From assembly GCA_023515725.1 (NCBI GenBank), contig JALDTO010000179.1:136039-200038 (forward strand): a stretch of 64,000 bases of DNA. Direction: 5' to 3'. Below are positions 38,240 to 51,471 of this stretch, piece by piece. The DNA is from Amoeboaphelidium protococcarum X5. Its lineage: Eukaryota > Fungi > Aphelidiomycota. The translations under genes and the position numbers were made by a program. The notes under the pieces are model-generated. The model saw nothing but the letters and a program-made list of their open reading frames with translations, did not search any database and was not told the DNA's origin. The stretch's first letter is position 1, and the number at the start of each line of letters is the position of its first letter.

Positions 38240-39307
38240 TCAAGCTGCAACTGCATCCTGGTACTCAGCCTCAGAAATCATATCAAAGTCATGCTCAGTG
38301 TTTGATAAGGTTGATGTTGGAGACGGTGGATAATCGCTGTCAACCGGCATCCTAACTGACAGAGTGTGAGACACTGGACACTTGGTCAGATTATTCAACA
38401 GCACGATGAAAGTTGGATAATACGGAGTTGGATTGTCGCAAACCAGAGTCTTGCAATCATCCACCTCCTCATCAACGGCTTGCTCATGAACATCAGCGAA
38501 ATCTGCAACATTACCAACAGCGCATTCATTAATCATTGAGCGATTCTCAATCGGCAGCTCAACGTGCTTTAATGAACGAGCAACGCTTTGCAACTCGAGA
38601 ATTTACAATCTGCTAGCAATCTGACTAACCTTTTGCTCGCATTACGCCAAAATGGATTCATGAAGTTTCTGCTATGCGCACCTTAAAGCAATCATCTGAT
38701 CCACTGCAGAAGTGGAGTCAGCGAAATGTTCATTGATTACCACAGACTTACAATCGTCTTCATCGTCATTGATATCACCAATAGTCACAAGTTGCTCAGT
38801 CGCAGCCGCAGATGAAGCAATCTCACTTTCAACAGCAACATCATCATCAGGAAGCAACTGGTAATGCTGATGATCATGCTTGATGGAAGGAGGCTTAGGA
38901 ATTAAATAGTGAGACTCAGTAATATCTACCGGAGACTTGATAACTGGAAGCTCGTCGACGTCGACATCAATCAGCTTTTCTTCAAACTTTACCGATTTCA
39001 TTTGAGTGAACTTAGGATTCATGCAAGCAGTCAGATTGTGGACGCGTATCACCTGCACCAGATCATCGTACGCCAGCTTCATCATACGGCGGTAGTCATC
39101 ACCATTCAGCACGATAAATGATGACTAATTAGATGCCAACATGACTTCAATCACCAGACAGACATCGTAGTCTTGGACGGCGAACAATTGTTTCAGCAGC
39201 TCAACAAAATTGCCGAGACGCGAGAATTTCGTGATTAGGAAGGCCTTTTGCACATTACCCATCTGGGCTATCAGAGATATTTGCTATTCTTCAATGGAGC
39301 AGGTCAT
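38240..39307 (-). CDS. Uncharacterised protein with a PB1-like N-terminus and a C-terminal AIM/LIR-like motif
   Basis: 356 codons joining supplied ORFs 38672-39112 and 38240-38593. C-terminal EHDFDMISE. Confidence 0.7.
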
Positions 39308-39776
39308 TTTTTTTATGTTTATTAACGGATTCTTATACGTTATAGAGTATTATAATAAAAAACTTAACGAAGATAGAAGACAAGACGTATCATCATTCAA
39401 TCTCTAGATATTGAAACCGAGTCAATCTGAGATCAGCCAATCAGCAGAGTTGACAAATTTATATTGTTCGAATCAACAGAGAGATCCATAATGCCCATTA
39501 ATCTAAACTAACAGACTTGAGTGGTATTGGAGTTTTCTGGCATGAAATACTGAAATTACTTTAATATGTATTGCATTAGCGATCCATAAAGTCCTTTAGT
39601 GTGACACTGAATTATAAGGCAATTATATGATAGTCCTACGCGGTAATCACCGTTAGTTTGAAGGCTATTTTTATCCACATTACAGACTCATTCTCATCAA
39701 TTTGAAATTTATTTTTACCACTATCATTCGCACATATAATCCAAAAAAGCAAAGTAATAAAATCAAGTAGCAATAT

Positions 39777-41798
39777 ATGCCATCAAGTGAGGCTGAGTCT
39801 AATAAAGTCATGAACTACAATAATGACCATGTTTCAAAGCAGCGTTAAAGCACTGACGAAGAAGACGAAGTGTTTCAAGACGCTTCCGCAGAAGTTGAAT
39901 CGCCAATGACTGCTGAACAGCAAATAGAATAATAAGAATAAGAAGAGTATACTATTAATACTTCTGATGTTGATCCTAACCAGATTACTGCAGTCATTTA
40001 TTCAAGCGATGATGAGCTAGTCTAAGAGATGGAGTAGCTGAAGGCTGTGATTGATTTAGTTCTCAATTCTGAGTTTGGCAAGGCGTAAAAGTTTCTAGAG
40101 AGTAAACCAGAGTCGCTATGCTTCACACACGGCTACTCGGTACTAATGACCATCAAGAGTATGATGACATTTGAGAAGGCTGATTTTAAGCGCGCACTGG
40201 ACCTGTGCTCAAAGACCATTCTGATGGCTGATGTAATGCGCTTGACTAGCAACAAGAATAGACGCAAGAAGCAGGGATTTTTTCGGAGTATGGTGAATTC
40301 CCTAACTGGTCGGGAAGGAGGAGCGGGAGAGTCCATTTTTGATGAAATGACTCTGGTGGAGCGACACGCCGAGCTAATTTACGCCGAAATTCATCTATCT
40401 AAAGCTATGATTAGCATTTTTCATGATGAATCGATTCTGTCGTTTATCAAAGAGGGGATTAAGATCCGGCAGTCTTGGTTCACGTACAAGAAGATTCATC
40501 AGTGGCTTAATCAGCAGTCTGTTCAACATCCCGACAAGTTAAACAGAGATTTTTGTGATGCTCACTTTTTATCTGGCGTCCAGCTTGGAATTGGTCTCTT
40601 TAATCTTATCCTCGGTCTACTGCCTGAACGTGCTCTGCAATTGATGGAATTTGCCGGGTTTAGTGGATCTAAGTAAGTGGGACTGGATACGCTAGCGGAC
40701 ACCTCATCTCTTGGGGGCATACGATATTTCGTGTGTCAACTCATGCTGGTCGGATTCTACGTGGTAATCCCTGCTCAGTATCCATATATGGACCGTAATG
40801 AAAGATTGATCTCCGATATTATGACTCAATAGCTCACTTAGCACCCATAAAGTGCATTTTATCTATTCTTTCAGGGTAGAGTAGAGTTCTTACATCGATA
40901 ACACGATAAAGCTATTGATTACTGCGAACGATCAATGTCATCACAGCGCGATTGGGTTCAGCTGCATCACATCTGTATGTGGAGTAATGCTATTTGCAGT
41001 TGTATACAAATGAATTATCAAAATGCGCAGAACCTTATGGCTGAGTTGCAGAAATCTTCTCGATGGTCCAAAGCTACGAATTGCTATCTGGTAGGCATCT
41101 TTATGTATATGTAGTTGAACGACAAAATGTCACAGGAGGATTAAATTTCCTTGAAGTTTTAAATTGATCACAGCTTCCGTGATGTTCCTCAACTAATGCA
41201 ACGTATTGCTGGCCGAAGGATTCCAATTGAAAAATTTGTTAATCGGAAGACTCGCAAGTACTTTGCCCAGAAGCAGAGGCTGTTCTTGCCTGCTTTTGAG
41301 ATGATGCTCATCTGGGGTGCCTTTCATTACATGCCGACTGAGCTGTTACAAGTCGCTGCCCAGTAAGTCGAATAGGAGCTTGAGTCCATGGATAAAATTA
41401 CATCGTCCGGCACGCAATTGTCCAATGGTTACGATTATTATCAGGACGATGTTGCTTTGGGACATTATATGCTCGCAGTGATTCGTCGTTCGTTGAAAGA
41501 CTATCGCGCCTCTTTACTCGAATTTGATGTGGTTATTGCATAGCGACAGAGTATAAAACTAGATCATTATATCATAGCATACGCATACTACGATCGCGCT
41601 GTTCTATACCTGTTGTAGTTCACTGAAGCCAACAGCACTACTGATGATGCTGAGAAGAAGTAATATCTGACGAATGCCAAATCTGACCTTGAGATGGCTC
41701 TTAAAAGCTCGAAGAAAATCTCATTGGAGAATAGTCTAAATCTACGTGTACACTTTGCATCCAGGCGGGTAGAAGAGTTGGAGGTATCACTAACTTGA
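39777..41798 (+). CDS. Iml2/TTC39 TPR family protein
   Basis: 674 codons. HAELIYAE, GIGLFNLILGLLP..LMEFAGFSG, SRWSKA and RIAGRRIPIEKF. Confidence 0.9.
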
Positions 41799-42084
41799 TC
41801 ATTTTGTATGCGCTTAAGTACCATGTTGAATTTAATTTTGTGTACAAATAAATGCAAAAGTTACATTTCACCTTATTGAAATTATATGCGAACTCTACAG
41901 TAATTGAGTTTTGATTTTATCCGTGTACTCAGTCTTATGAAGCTGCTGTTGTGATCTTCCCCTTTGACGCTTGGGTGGCTTGCGTGTACCCCGTGCCATT
42001 GATTTTATTTTCTTCTCTTTGCTACACTGTCAATCTGCGTTAATCTTCGCAACATATTTTCTAATCATCAAAATATTTAGCAAT

Positions 42085-42684
42085 ATGAAGGAGTTTATTA
42101 TGGGCCTTGTTACTTTGCTCATCACGTTGAACTAGATTCAAGCTCAAGACTTGATCAACGGTTAAACAAAAACTTGCATGATTGTCAATGAGCAGTTCAA
42201 TCATATTGCTCATGGAGAAGCATAATTGAGTTTTGAATGCAAGCAGTCACCGTAGTAATGTCGAATGAGTTTCCTGATTAAAGATGACGCGTCATTCTAT
42301 TGCGATATGAGCGATTGTGCAGCTTTAGATGGTAGTAGGAGCGCTGGCGAATCCACCGTCAGCTCCAGATGTGACAAGGTGAAGTGTAACTGCATCGCTG
42401 GCAAGTCATTGTGTGATACTGACCGCGGGCTAGGATTAGATCTGCAACCAATATTTGATGAGCTTGTGCGTGGTCCTGCCAATTTAACTTGTGGTGCATT
42501 CAAGAATGGATATGTCGATTACAATTGCGAGTTTAGTGAGCCAGCGTTTAGTGAAATATTAGAAGCAATTTCACCAGATAATCCAGTGTTTGAACTTGCA
42601 TGTGAAGATGTCCCATCTCTGGATCCAGTAAGCGGCGGTATAAAGTTTAATAATGGAGCGCGTTTTCTACACCAACGTCCATGA
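42085..42684 (+). CDS. Secreted Cys-rich protein resembling the N-terminal ectodomain of Adp1-type ABC transporters
   Basis: 200 codons. Signal peptide, SFYCDMSDC, CDKVKCNCIAGKSLC, VRGPANLTC and CEFSEP; no ABC domain follows. Confidence 0.7.
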
Positions 42685-43014
42685 TGATACTGAGTGACCA
42701 GTAAGTAACTCTATAAATTCTCTATTTTTCTGTTGCAGTTTAGTATCAGTAAAATCTCTTCGCTCTGACCTTCTATCTCATCGACCAATGTCCAACGCAG
42801 CTATTAAGTGTTGTTAATTGGATATGTTAAATATATGAGCGTTCACGGAAATTTCACCTCGAATCAGGTGTTTAATAATATTCGACAAGCTTAGTAGGTC
42901 TGGTCTTTCTTAAACTGCGTGATTTCTCTTACCACGACTTTTATTCTGCTGCTGATTTCTAAAAATTAATACCACAATATTTTCTTGATATTTTACGATA
43001 AATAGCAGAGAATT

Positions 43015-44070
43015 ATGACAACTTAGTTATAGGAAATATTTGAGGATCTCATGTCGAGGTTTATCATAAATGTGCCGGAGAGCGAGATATCCACCATTGA
43101 GCAGGTGTGCTTTTAGATAGAATAGGCCCACTGGTTCTATGAAGACTTTATTCGAGAGTCACAGCCTAATTTGCCCCATTTTAAATTAAAATCTTTCGCT
43201 GGTGAAATGTTTAAAAGATGTCCTCTGCTCATTGAATTCATAGAATAGTCCAGTGTGGAAGAGATTTATAGTCGGTTCGTTGCGTACAAGATGAATGTTC
43301 CTGTGTGTGGTGCGATTCTCTTAAATGAGTCCAGCGATAAGGTTCTTCTAGTCAAGGGATGGGGATCAAGAGGCAATTGGACATTTCCAAAGGGCAAGAT
43401 CAACTAGAATGAGAGCGATGTAGATTGTGCAGTCAGAGAAGTTATGGAAGAGACTGGATTTGATATACGCGATAGAATTGAAGAGGGGAAGTTTATAGAG
43501 CTGGTTCTGCGTGGCGAGTAGCGTAATAAGATGTTTGTCATTTAGAACATCTCAGAGGCGACATAGTTTTGCCCATAGACGCGGAAGGAGATTGGTGATA
43601 TCAAGTGGCACTGGCTTAAAGACTTACCTGGCTTCAGGCATCAGACGAAGCAGTTTGTGAACAACTTTTTCATGATTTAGCGCTTTATGGGAAAGCTGAA
43701 AGACTGGCTCAAATAGAATAGCAAAACGGGAAGCGCCACCTCCCAGAAGTAGAATAAAGGTGCTTAATCAGATAACATTAGTAGTTCCCCCTCTCATCCT
43801 CCCAGTGTGAGTACTAGTAAAAAGTAAAAGAAGTCTAAATCGGCAAAGAAAGTTTAGATTTTGGGTGGTAGAACAGCTAATGATATTGATCCGGTTTAGA
43901 AATTGCTGAATTTTGATACTCAACTCTCTATGAAATCAACACCATCCCCTGCCACAGCTAAAGAGTAAAAGTCTGCGGACGTGCAAGATAATACAATCTT
44001 CCTCAAGGCGTTTAACCGGCATTTCAACGTAGATGAGCTCATGATTCTGGTTGAACAAAGTCTTTAATGA
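43015..44070 (+). CDS. DCP2: mRNA decapping enzyme catalytic subunit
   Basis: 352 codons. SRFIINVP, FQIEQAHWFYEDF, Nudix box [27 protein letters not shown] and PQTRKEI. Confidence 0.96.
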
Positions 44071-44347
44071 ATATAGTGTTTTGCACTTGTGGTTTAAATA
44101 CAGTTTACTCTAGTTCAGTAATATCTCACCTTATCGTTTACTTGTAACAGTATACTGTACATTTTACTGATTGTGTTCAGATCATTAGATGTTCTTCCAA
44201 TCAGAGACTGAGGATTTGGCCAGTTGATCATAATTTGTGTCCCAAAGTCATGATAATCGATTACACAGTATTGTGCTCTCTCTCCCTCCTAATCTCTCTT
44301 ACTGTATATCAAAAACAATCAAATCGTCTCCAATATCAAAAACACCA

Positions 44348-45443
44348 ATGATGGCAATACTGAAAACATCCTGTATCTTGGCTCAATGTCTGAACGTGTT
44401 GTCTTTACCATAAGCTGGTGGTCGTCAAGGTCGCTAGCCATTAGGAATGGGAAACTGGAGGGATACATTTCGTGGTAGGAATCCTGAGCTACCCCCACCA
44501 CAGTTTATTGAGGTAGGTAATTATCTAATTGACCGTGATGGCTACAGGTACGATCGCAGAACTCTTGAGCCGAGAGGTCGAGTCCATATGCGACAAGCGG
44601 TGTGGGATCAGAGGTTTTAATAACAGTAGTAGCAAATACCGGCAACGGTAATAACAAAGGCAATAGTAGCCTCAAAATAACGCTGCAGCTTCTGGTCAAT
44701 AAGGATAGTCTAGTAGGGCGGCGGCTCAAGGACGCGGTTCAAATTCTAGGCCGTACGAGATTACTTATTCGCAAGAACCGTGGGCACCACCAGCTCCTGC
44801 AAATGGTTAACCTGTGAGATCTATAAAAGTAGGAAAGGGTAAAAAATAGTACACTGTGTACGAGGATGGTGCTATTTTTGACTCTAAAGGAAACTTTTAT
44901 GATCAAGTACCATTGACTATGGGCCAATTTCAAAAAATTTCTGACATTGCCAATGGAGAGGACAGTGTGGCATGGTTGGAAGATTTGGACCGTAAAAAAG
45001 GAATTGCCCGAGGTGTACCTGCCGATACTGTGAGGGGTAAGCCTGTGGATACGACTGTGAAACCAGCTCCCGGCTATCCTACTACTCCAGTTACATAGCC
45101 GACAAGTGGTGGTAGTAGTGGCTCCTCTGGCGCTTCTTCATCAGGCGCCTCATCATCTGGCACGTCTTCCGCATCTGGCACATCTCGAAATCCTACTCCA
45201 TACGATCCTGCAAAAGACAAAGGGAAGGGCCCGATGTATAAAGACCTTGGTCCCAATTAACATGATGAGCTGCGAAAAAGCCGAAGAATGCATGGCGCTA
45301 CTAGTGCTAAACCTGCGCCTGTTTAACCGAGCAAAGCGCCAAAGGCACCTTCGCCACCAGCTCCACGCCCTTTGAAATAAAGCGCCAAATAGTCTATCAC
45401 AGCACCCAAAATAAAAATGGATCCAAAAAAGCGCGCTGACTGA
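44348..45443 (+). pseudogene. Secreted low-complexity (Gln/Ser/Pro/Gly) protein with a +1 frameshift near 44635
   Basis: Signal-like MMAILKTSCILAQCLNVLSLP. A poly-Gln tract continues in a shifted frame that runs to TGA 45443. Confidence 0.55.
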
Positions 45444-45599
45444 CAATGCTGACGAATATGTTGTTTGATATATTTAACATGGTAAACAATGTTTATTTTC
45501 AAATTACAGTATTTTTTTAATCGTTTCCCCAAACACGCGTTATATTGCATTTCAAGCAAAACTCTTCACCGCCAAAGAGGAGCGTTAAAACTTGGTAAA

Positions 45600-48350
45600 A
45601 TGCTCTTATTGTTAAAAGTGCAAAGTGCAAAAACGGAAACCGTTAAGGTTGACGTTGGAAGAATGCGCGAGCGATCGAGCGCGCGACGGTGATCTCGCAG
45701 AAAACAGACAAGTCAGTTGTTTCAAACAAATCCTCAATGATTTTGCATTAAACTTTTTGTATTAAATCCACTTTCAATCTCAGTCTCCATATTATCTGTC
45801 TTGTTCAAATACTACACTCATCCATGGTACCAGAGCAATTGTTTGTCTTGAAGCTAGTTGGTTTGAAGTTCCCCCAATGTGCGATGAACTTATCCAAATC
45901 ACCGCCAAAGTGCTTTCTCAGACATTTCATGATCGGGCAGTATTGCTTCACGTAGAATGATTTGGCGCCAGCTGATAACCCGACGGTTGAGCCAGGATCA
46001 TCCACTGCAAGAATGGCCTCCAACTTCGCCATGGCAGTCTTCGCTTTTCTCACTTTCTCTCTCCCAGGCATATCATTCACAACTTCATCCTACTGAACAG
46101 CTGTGATGGCAGGTACAACATCAGCTACGTCAGTGTCTTCTTCATCGGATTCATAGAGTTCATCATCAGAGTGAACCGCAGCTTGTTCACGTAACTATCT
46201 GGAAGAAGATTATTGAGAAGTCAGAGTAGATTTTGGCTACTTCAACTTAGCTGATTGAGTGGCAGCAATCAATCCATTCGCATAAAGCTCAAGCATCCTA
46301 CGCAGCTCATTAATCTCCTCCGGAGTGGCATTAGGTGCAATTTCTTTCAACTTTGCCTCAATAAGCTGCAGCACAGTCTCTTTCTTCTGCAACTGGAGAA
46401 GTGCATCGTAAATCACTCTAGGTCCACCAACTGCATCAACATCAGATAATCCACATAAGCTACGAACAATCTCTTGACTCACCTGCTGCAGACAAAAATT
46501 GCCTCTAGAATGGGCAGCATTCAGACTGCGAGCCATCTATAGCTACTCACAGTAGGCTGATCTGAATTTGCTTACCACGGAAGACACGTCCAAACGTCTA
46601 GTCTTCGCTAATTCTAGCAAATAGCTAGCATCCTTCTTATACAATGCGGCATTAGCGGACGAAGCGTGTCGCGCACTCTTAGTGATGTCAATCTCTGATC
46701 CCATTCCCCAAACAGCAAGCAAATAGCCAGTCTTCCTACTAGTGTGCGTACCAAATTTACCATCGGGATTGCCGGTAGCAATCTTACAAGCTTTCTGATA
46801 CTGCCTATGATAAGATACGTAAGAGATGTTGTACGCCGCATGCCCAACTTGCTTCACAGCATCCAGTGTACTCTCTTGAGGGAACAAGAATCCAGTTCTA
46901 ATCCCAGAAATAAAAATCCACGTCAAAAGCGCACGAACCGGGCACAATTCGGGCACATCATAATCCGTCCAAAGAGTCAAGCACACTCTAACACGATCAG
47001 ACTTGCCTTTAATGTAGAAAGCAAGGGAAGATATACTGCCATCACTTTGAAAGGTCGCAAGATCCTTGTTGAGACAATTTTCCAGCCTAGGATCATGAAT
47101 TTTCAAATCGGTGACTTCATCATTGCGCAGAAATAGCTTGATACTAACGATAATCATCGTCCACATCATGAATGACTTCGCATCATTTTTCGAGATGAAA
47201 TACTCGCGGAGACGTAGTAATTCCCAAGGTGTGAGCGGCTAGCTGCCTTCGGACACGTAGCTGCATCCATCGCGGGAGTTCAATCTCTACATGTTAGTCA
47301 TGAGGGAAGAATTCTTTGGATCTCCACCCAGCCAAATACGAGGAGCCATCGGATGGAACCGACAGCCAGATCTATCACCACGCTCAGAACGTTGGATGCA
47401 CTCTTCGCAGATATCTCTGTACTCCCCCCTCTAATTACGACTATCATGCAGCACAGAGACAGCCGATAACAACTGGTCAACATTCTGTGGCATATTCCAA
47501 CCACCCTAGCACTTGATATCGTGCCCATAGACACATTTCACAGCGTTGCCATTCTCGTCTTTTAGCAAAGAACCCTTCTCATTACGCTTGAACTTGATAA
47601 ACAAAATGATGCTCTTGGCGTTCATTGACGGTGTGTACTGCGGGGGGTTAGGAAGCAGCATTAAACTCGAGCTGTAGTCACCAATTAGCGCAAAAAAGTA
47701 CCGCAATCCTCTGTAATGCTTCTAGTAGGCTTACATACTATTCACAGCCAAAGGCCTACCGCCAGTGAGTGGCACAGATACGTCGGATCGAGTCAACCTC
47801 AGCAGCTTCAACGTCTCTCCAATGCCTTCATCCAGCTTATACTTGTACGCCGCTTCAATGCGATACACATGGCTGTTCTCCGACTTCTTGCGTCTCTTCA
47901 CCTTCTTCGCCAACTGCTCATCATCCAGACCATCATCAGAGTCGTAATCGTCGTCGTCATCTTCATCTTCATTCTCCAGCTACCTATTGAAAGCAGCACT
48001 GACTTGAGCAGAACTTTGTGAAGTGATATCAGCAGTTTGATTCATGCTAACAACACTTGTTTCAGCCTCGCACCCAGCCAGACCAGAACTTGAGGAGGCG
48101 GATACGCCGACACTACTGCCAACACCAGCACACTCATCAACGGCTGGGATGCCAGTACTACTGTTGGAGGTGGTGATACCCCCTCCAGATGGCTACGAGT
48201 CACTCTACACTGCTCTAGAACGCTTCCTGCCAGACATGCGAGACGGTCGAGATTGTAACAAAGCGAGTTCGGTGCGTTTCTCCGGGTGCAAGGTGCAAAA
48301 CACTACCGGTGCAAAAGAAAACAAGCGTTTTATTTGTTTTAAAAGAGTCA
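45600..48350. mobile_element. Tyrosine-recombinase DNA transposon (approximate bounds)
   Basis: Single YR gene with no RT or gag. Both flanks carry GTGCAA(A/G)GTGCAAAA (45618-45632 and 48286-48300). Exact ends are not determined. Confidence 0.6.
45805..48237 (-). CDS. Tyrosine recombinase transposase (Crypton-like), 810 aa
   Basis: 811 codons open in code 6. Catalytic R (LFLRNDE), K (KGKSD), CPVRAL, HxxR (GTHTSRKTG), H (ARHAS) and Y (ALY). Upstream CxxC-x11-CxxH and an acidic/NLS N-terminus. Confidence 0.9.
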
Positions 48351-48445
48351 GATACAACTTCATATTGATTCAGTGTGAAAAAGTGATAAAACGACGTTAC
48401 GATACTCTTACTTTAATACCACTAAATATTATATAGAGTCAAGAG

Positions 48446-50497
48446 ATGGATCTGATTATGACAATAAGTGATGCTGAGGATACACCTCATGCCTCAACTG
48501 ATTTGCATAGCGATGCTGAGTAGAAAGAAGTGGAATAATAGAATAAGCCGTAAGATATCAATCCAAATTTCTCATTCACCATGAATGATAGCGATATGCT
48601 CGGCAAGATGATGGGACTTTCCTAAGCCGGTAAGAGCAGCTGGGACTTTGGAACCGTGAAGGAGCATATTAAGAGAAAATACACAGAAGTCGACATTGAT
48701 GAGACTATTGCCAGGTAATTAAGCGATGTTGACGACGCGTCTGATCAAGACAGTGATGCATCAGTTGGTGATTCTGAATCTGAAGATGGAGATGATAGCG
48801 GCAGTGATGAAGATGGCGAAGACATCGACAGTGCATTTAAACATTAGGATACAATAGAAGGTAAATTTAGCAAATTGCAAGATAAAGTAGTCGATAAAAA
48901 GGTGGCGGAGTATTTTGAACAGCCAGACATTGTGAGCGACGCTGGTGGAGATGATGAACAGAATTACGCGTAAACTTTTACTGAGATGAATCTATCACGT
49001 CCTCTGTTGAAAGGACTGGCCGATCTGGGATTCAACAAACCAACGAAGATCTAAGCCATGACGATTCCACTTGCACTTATGGGCAGAGATATTTGTGGTG
49101 CCGCGTAGACTGGCAGTGGTAAAAGTGCGGCATTTTTGTTGCCTATTCTGGAGCGACTGTTATACAAGCCAAAAGGTCATGGCTACAGTACTGCTGCCAC
49201 AAGAGTGCTGATTTTGACTCCGACGCGTGAACTCGCCGCCTAATGTTACTCTGTCGCTGTGAAATTGGCCAAGTATACGGATATTACCTTTTCTCTATGT
49301 GTTGGTGGTACCTCCAGTCAGTAATAGGAGGTGGAGCTTAAAAAGCGACCGGATATTGTATTTGCGACCCCAGGTAGGTTGGTTGATCATCTGATGAATT
49401 CAGCATCTTTTGAAATAGACATGGTTGACATTTTGGTGATGGATGAAGCTGATCGGATGCTTGAAGAAGGTTTCCAAGCTGAACTGACAGAGATTATAAA
49501 GTAGTGCCCGCGTAATTGTTAGAGACTGCTTTTCAGTGCCACCATGACGGATAATGTTGACCAGTTGGTTCAACTTTCTCTGCATCGTCCAGTCAGACTA
49601 TTTATTGACTCGGTAAATGCTGTGGCATCTAATCTGGTACAAGAGTTTATTAGAATTAGAAATGTCGGCGGTAAGAGTGTTAGTGACAATGGAGATGGTA
49701 ACGAAGCGGGAACGAGTAATGGCGCAGTTGACCATGCTACTCTGCCTCAAAGAGAAGCTATCCTGTTAGCACTTTGTCAGAGAACGTATAGGAAGCGTGT
49801 AATTGTTTTCATGCCATCCAAAATACTCTGTCACCGTATGAAAGTCATCTTTGGTCTGTCTGGCCTAAAAGCTACAGAACTGCATGGGAATCTATCCCAG
49901 ATGCAGAGAATTGAATCGCTTGAACGCTTCAGAGATTGCAAAGTGGATTTCTTACTATGTACGGATATTGCATCGCGTGGTCTCGATATCGCTGGCATAG
50001 AGGTGGTGATTAATCTGCAGATGCCTCCATCATATGAGCGTTACGTGCACAGAGTCGGACGTACGGCGCGTAACAACAAGCATGGTAAATCTGTCACTCT
50101 TGTCGGTGAGAGGGAGCGTAAAATGGTCAAGACGGTATTGAAGAATCTGAAGCCTGGCCAGGTAGCCAAGTAGCGCGTATTACCAGCGGAAGTTGTTAAA
50201 AAGTATCGCGAGTAGATTCAATCATTGGAAGAGAAGATATCCACGGTCCTTACTGAAGAGAAATAGGAAAAGTAGATCAAGATTGCAGAAATGCAGTTGA
50301 AGAAGGGAGAGAATTTGATCAAGCACGCTGACGAGATTGCAGCCAGACCGGCCAAGTTATTTGTCAACAAGAATATTGGTAATAATTAATCAGGTTAAAG
50401 AGGTGGTGGCAATAAGTCAGCGGCCTCATCTGGGAAAAGTCATGGTAAACATTAATAAAATAGAGACAAGAAGCAGAAAGTGAAGCGATATGATTGA
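48446..50497 (+). CDS. DRS1: DEAD-box RNA helicase Drs1/DDX27
   Basis: 684 codons. [10 protein letters not shown]-motif PTKIQ, AQTGSGKS, PTRELA, DEADRML, SAT and HRVGRTAR. Confidence 0.95.
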
Positions 50498-50568
50498 TCC
50501 CCTACTATGACTATATCACAAGAGCTTTATAATACCACCGCAAATTTTCCATTTATCAATACTCTTAT

Positions 50569-51471
50569 TCATTTACGCTCTATATGGCCATTCAATTGAG
50601 AAGATTTGCGGTCAGTGATGGGCAAAATAACTTGAGATAGAAGCCATCCTATAGATCTCTTTACAACCTCTTGCCCATTTTCAACAGCAAACACATCAAC
50701 CACAGGGATTGAAGAGGTGATATTCTTCATCAAGTTGAGAGACACAAAACTCAAGAATACATTCATCCATTGCAATCCTACAGACAGACCGTATGCCAAA
50801 ACATTCAAGTAGAATAGAATCCAAAACACTGGATATAAGTAGACCAGAGACACAATTCCAGATGCACTATAAATGTCTTCATGACTGACAATGAAACCAT
50901 TCTCTTCAATACTTAGTGCTCCATTAACAGACTAGGCACTCTCATCAGGAACGTAGTCAATCTTGGAGATTACTCGCAGACCGATATTCGAGCTCTCATT
51001 GTTGGCATAACTCAAATATGTACATGGTGGAAGCAGTCTGAGGAAGTACAACAACTTGCCAATGGTGGTAAACTCTTCAACCACAATCTAATGATCAACC
51101 ATTATTGTGACTCCATTCTTCAGAGTCGTAGTAGACTTTTAATGGCCATAGGCAATAGGAGCAGGCGAACAGGAGACATGACGAACATCCGTGCGCACCG
51201 ATCTGGCCACCATACCAAAGTAGAAGTTGAACACTCTGGCAATGTTCTTACGGCCTTTGACAGTCAGAAGGGCATCAGTGAACTGAGCATTCTAAGCATA
51301 AAAGTTGGACAGCGCACGCTCCTGGTATTCAGGCCTAAAAGAGTACAAATGCACCATAACTTCCTTGACCATGTTGATCAGAGCCTTGGTCTCCTTATTA
51401 GGACTTGGCAGTGACAGACTGCTTGACTAACGCAGCCTATCAGAGTTGGCAGAATTCATAAAGATTGGCAT
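50569..51471 (-). CDS. NTF2/SnoaL-like domain protein with C-terminal hydrophobic helices
   Basis: 301 codons. FYAQNAQFTDALLTVKGRKNIARVF and IVSHEDIYS. Confidence 0.7.

Noticed and set aside
13323-48237. YR recombinase and Fanzor as one large mobile element
   Set aside because: They are about 30 kb apart, separated by ordinary housekeeping genes, and share no terminal sequences that I can see.
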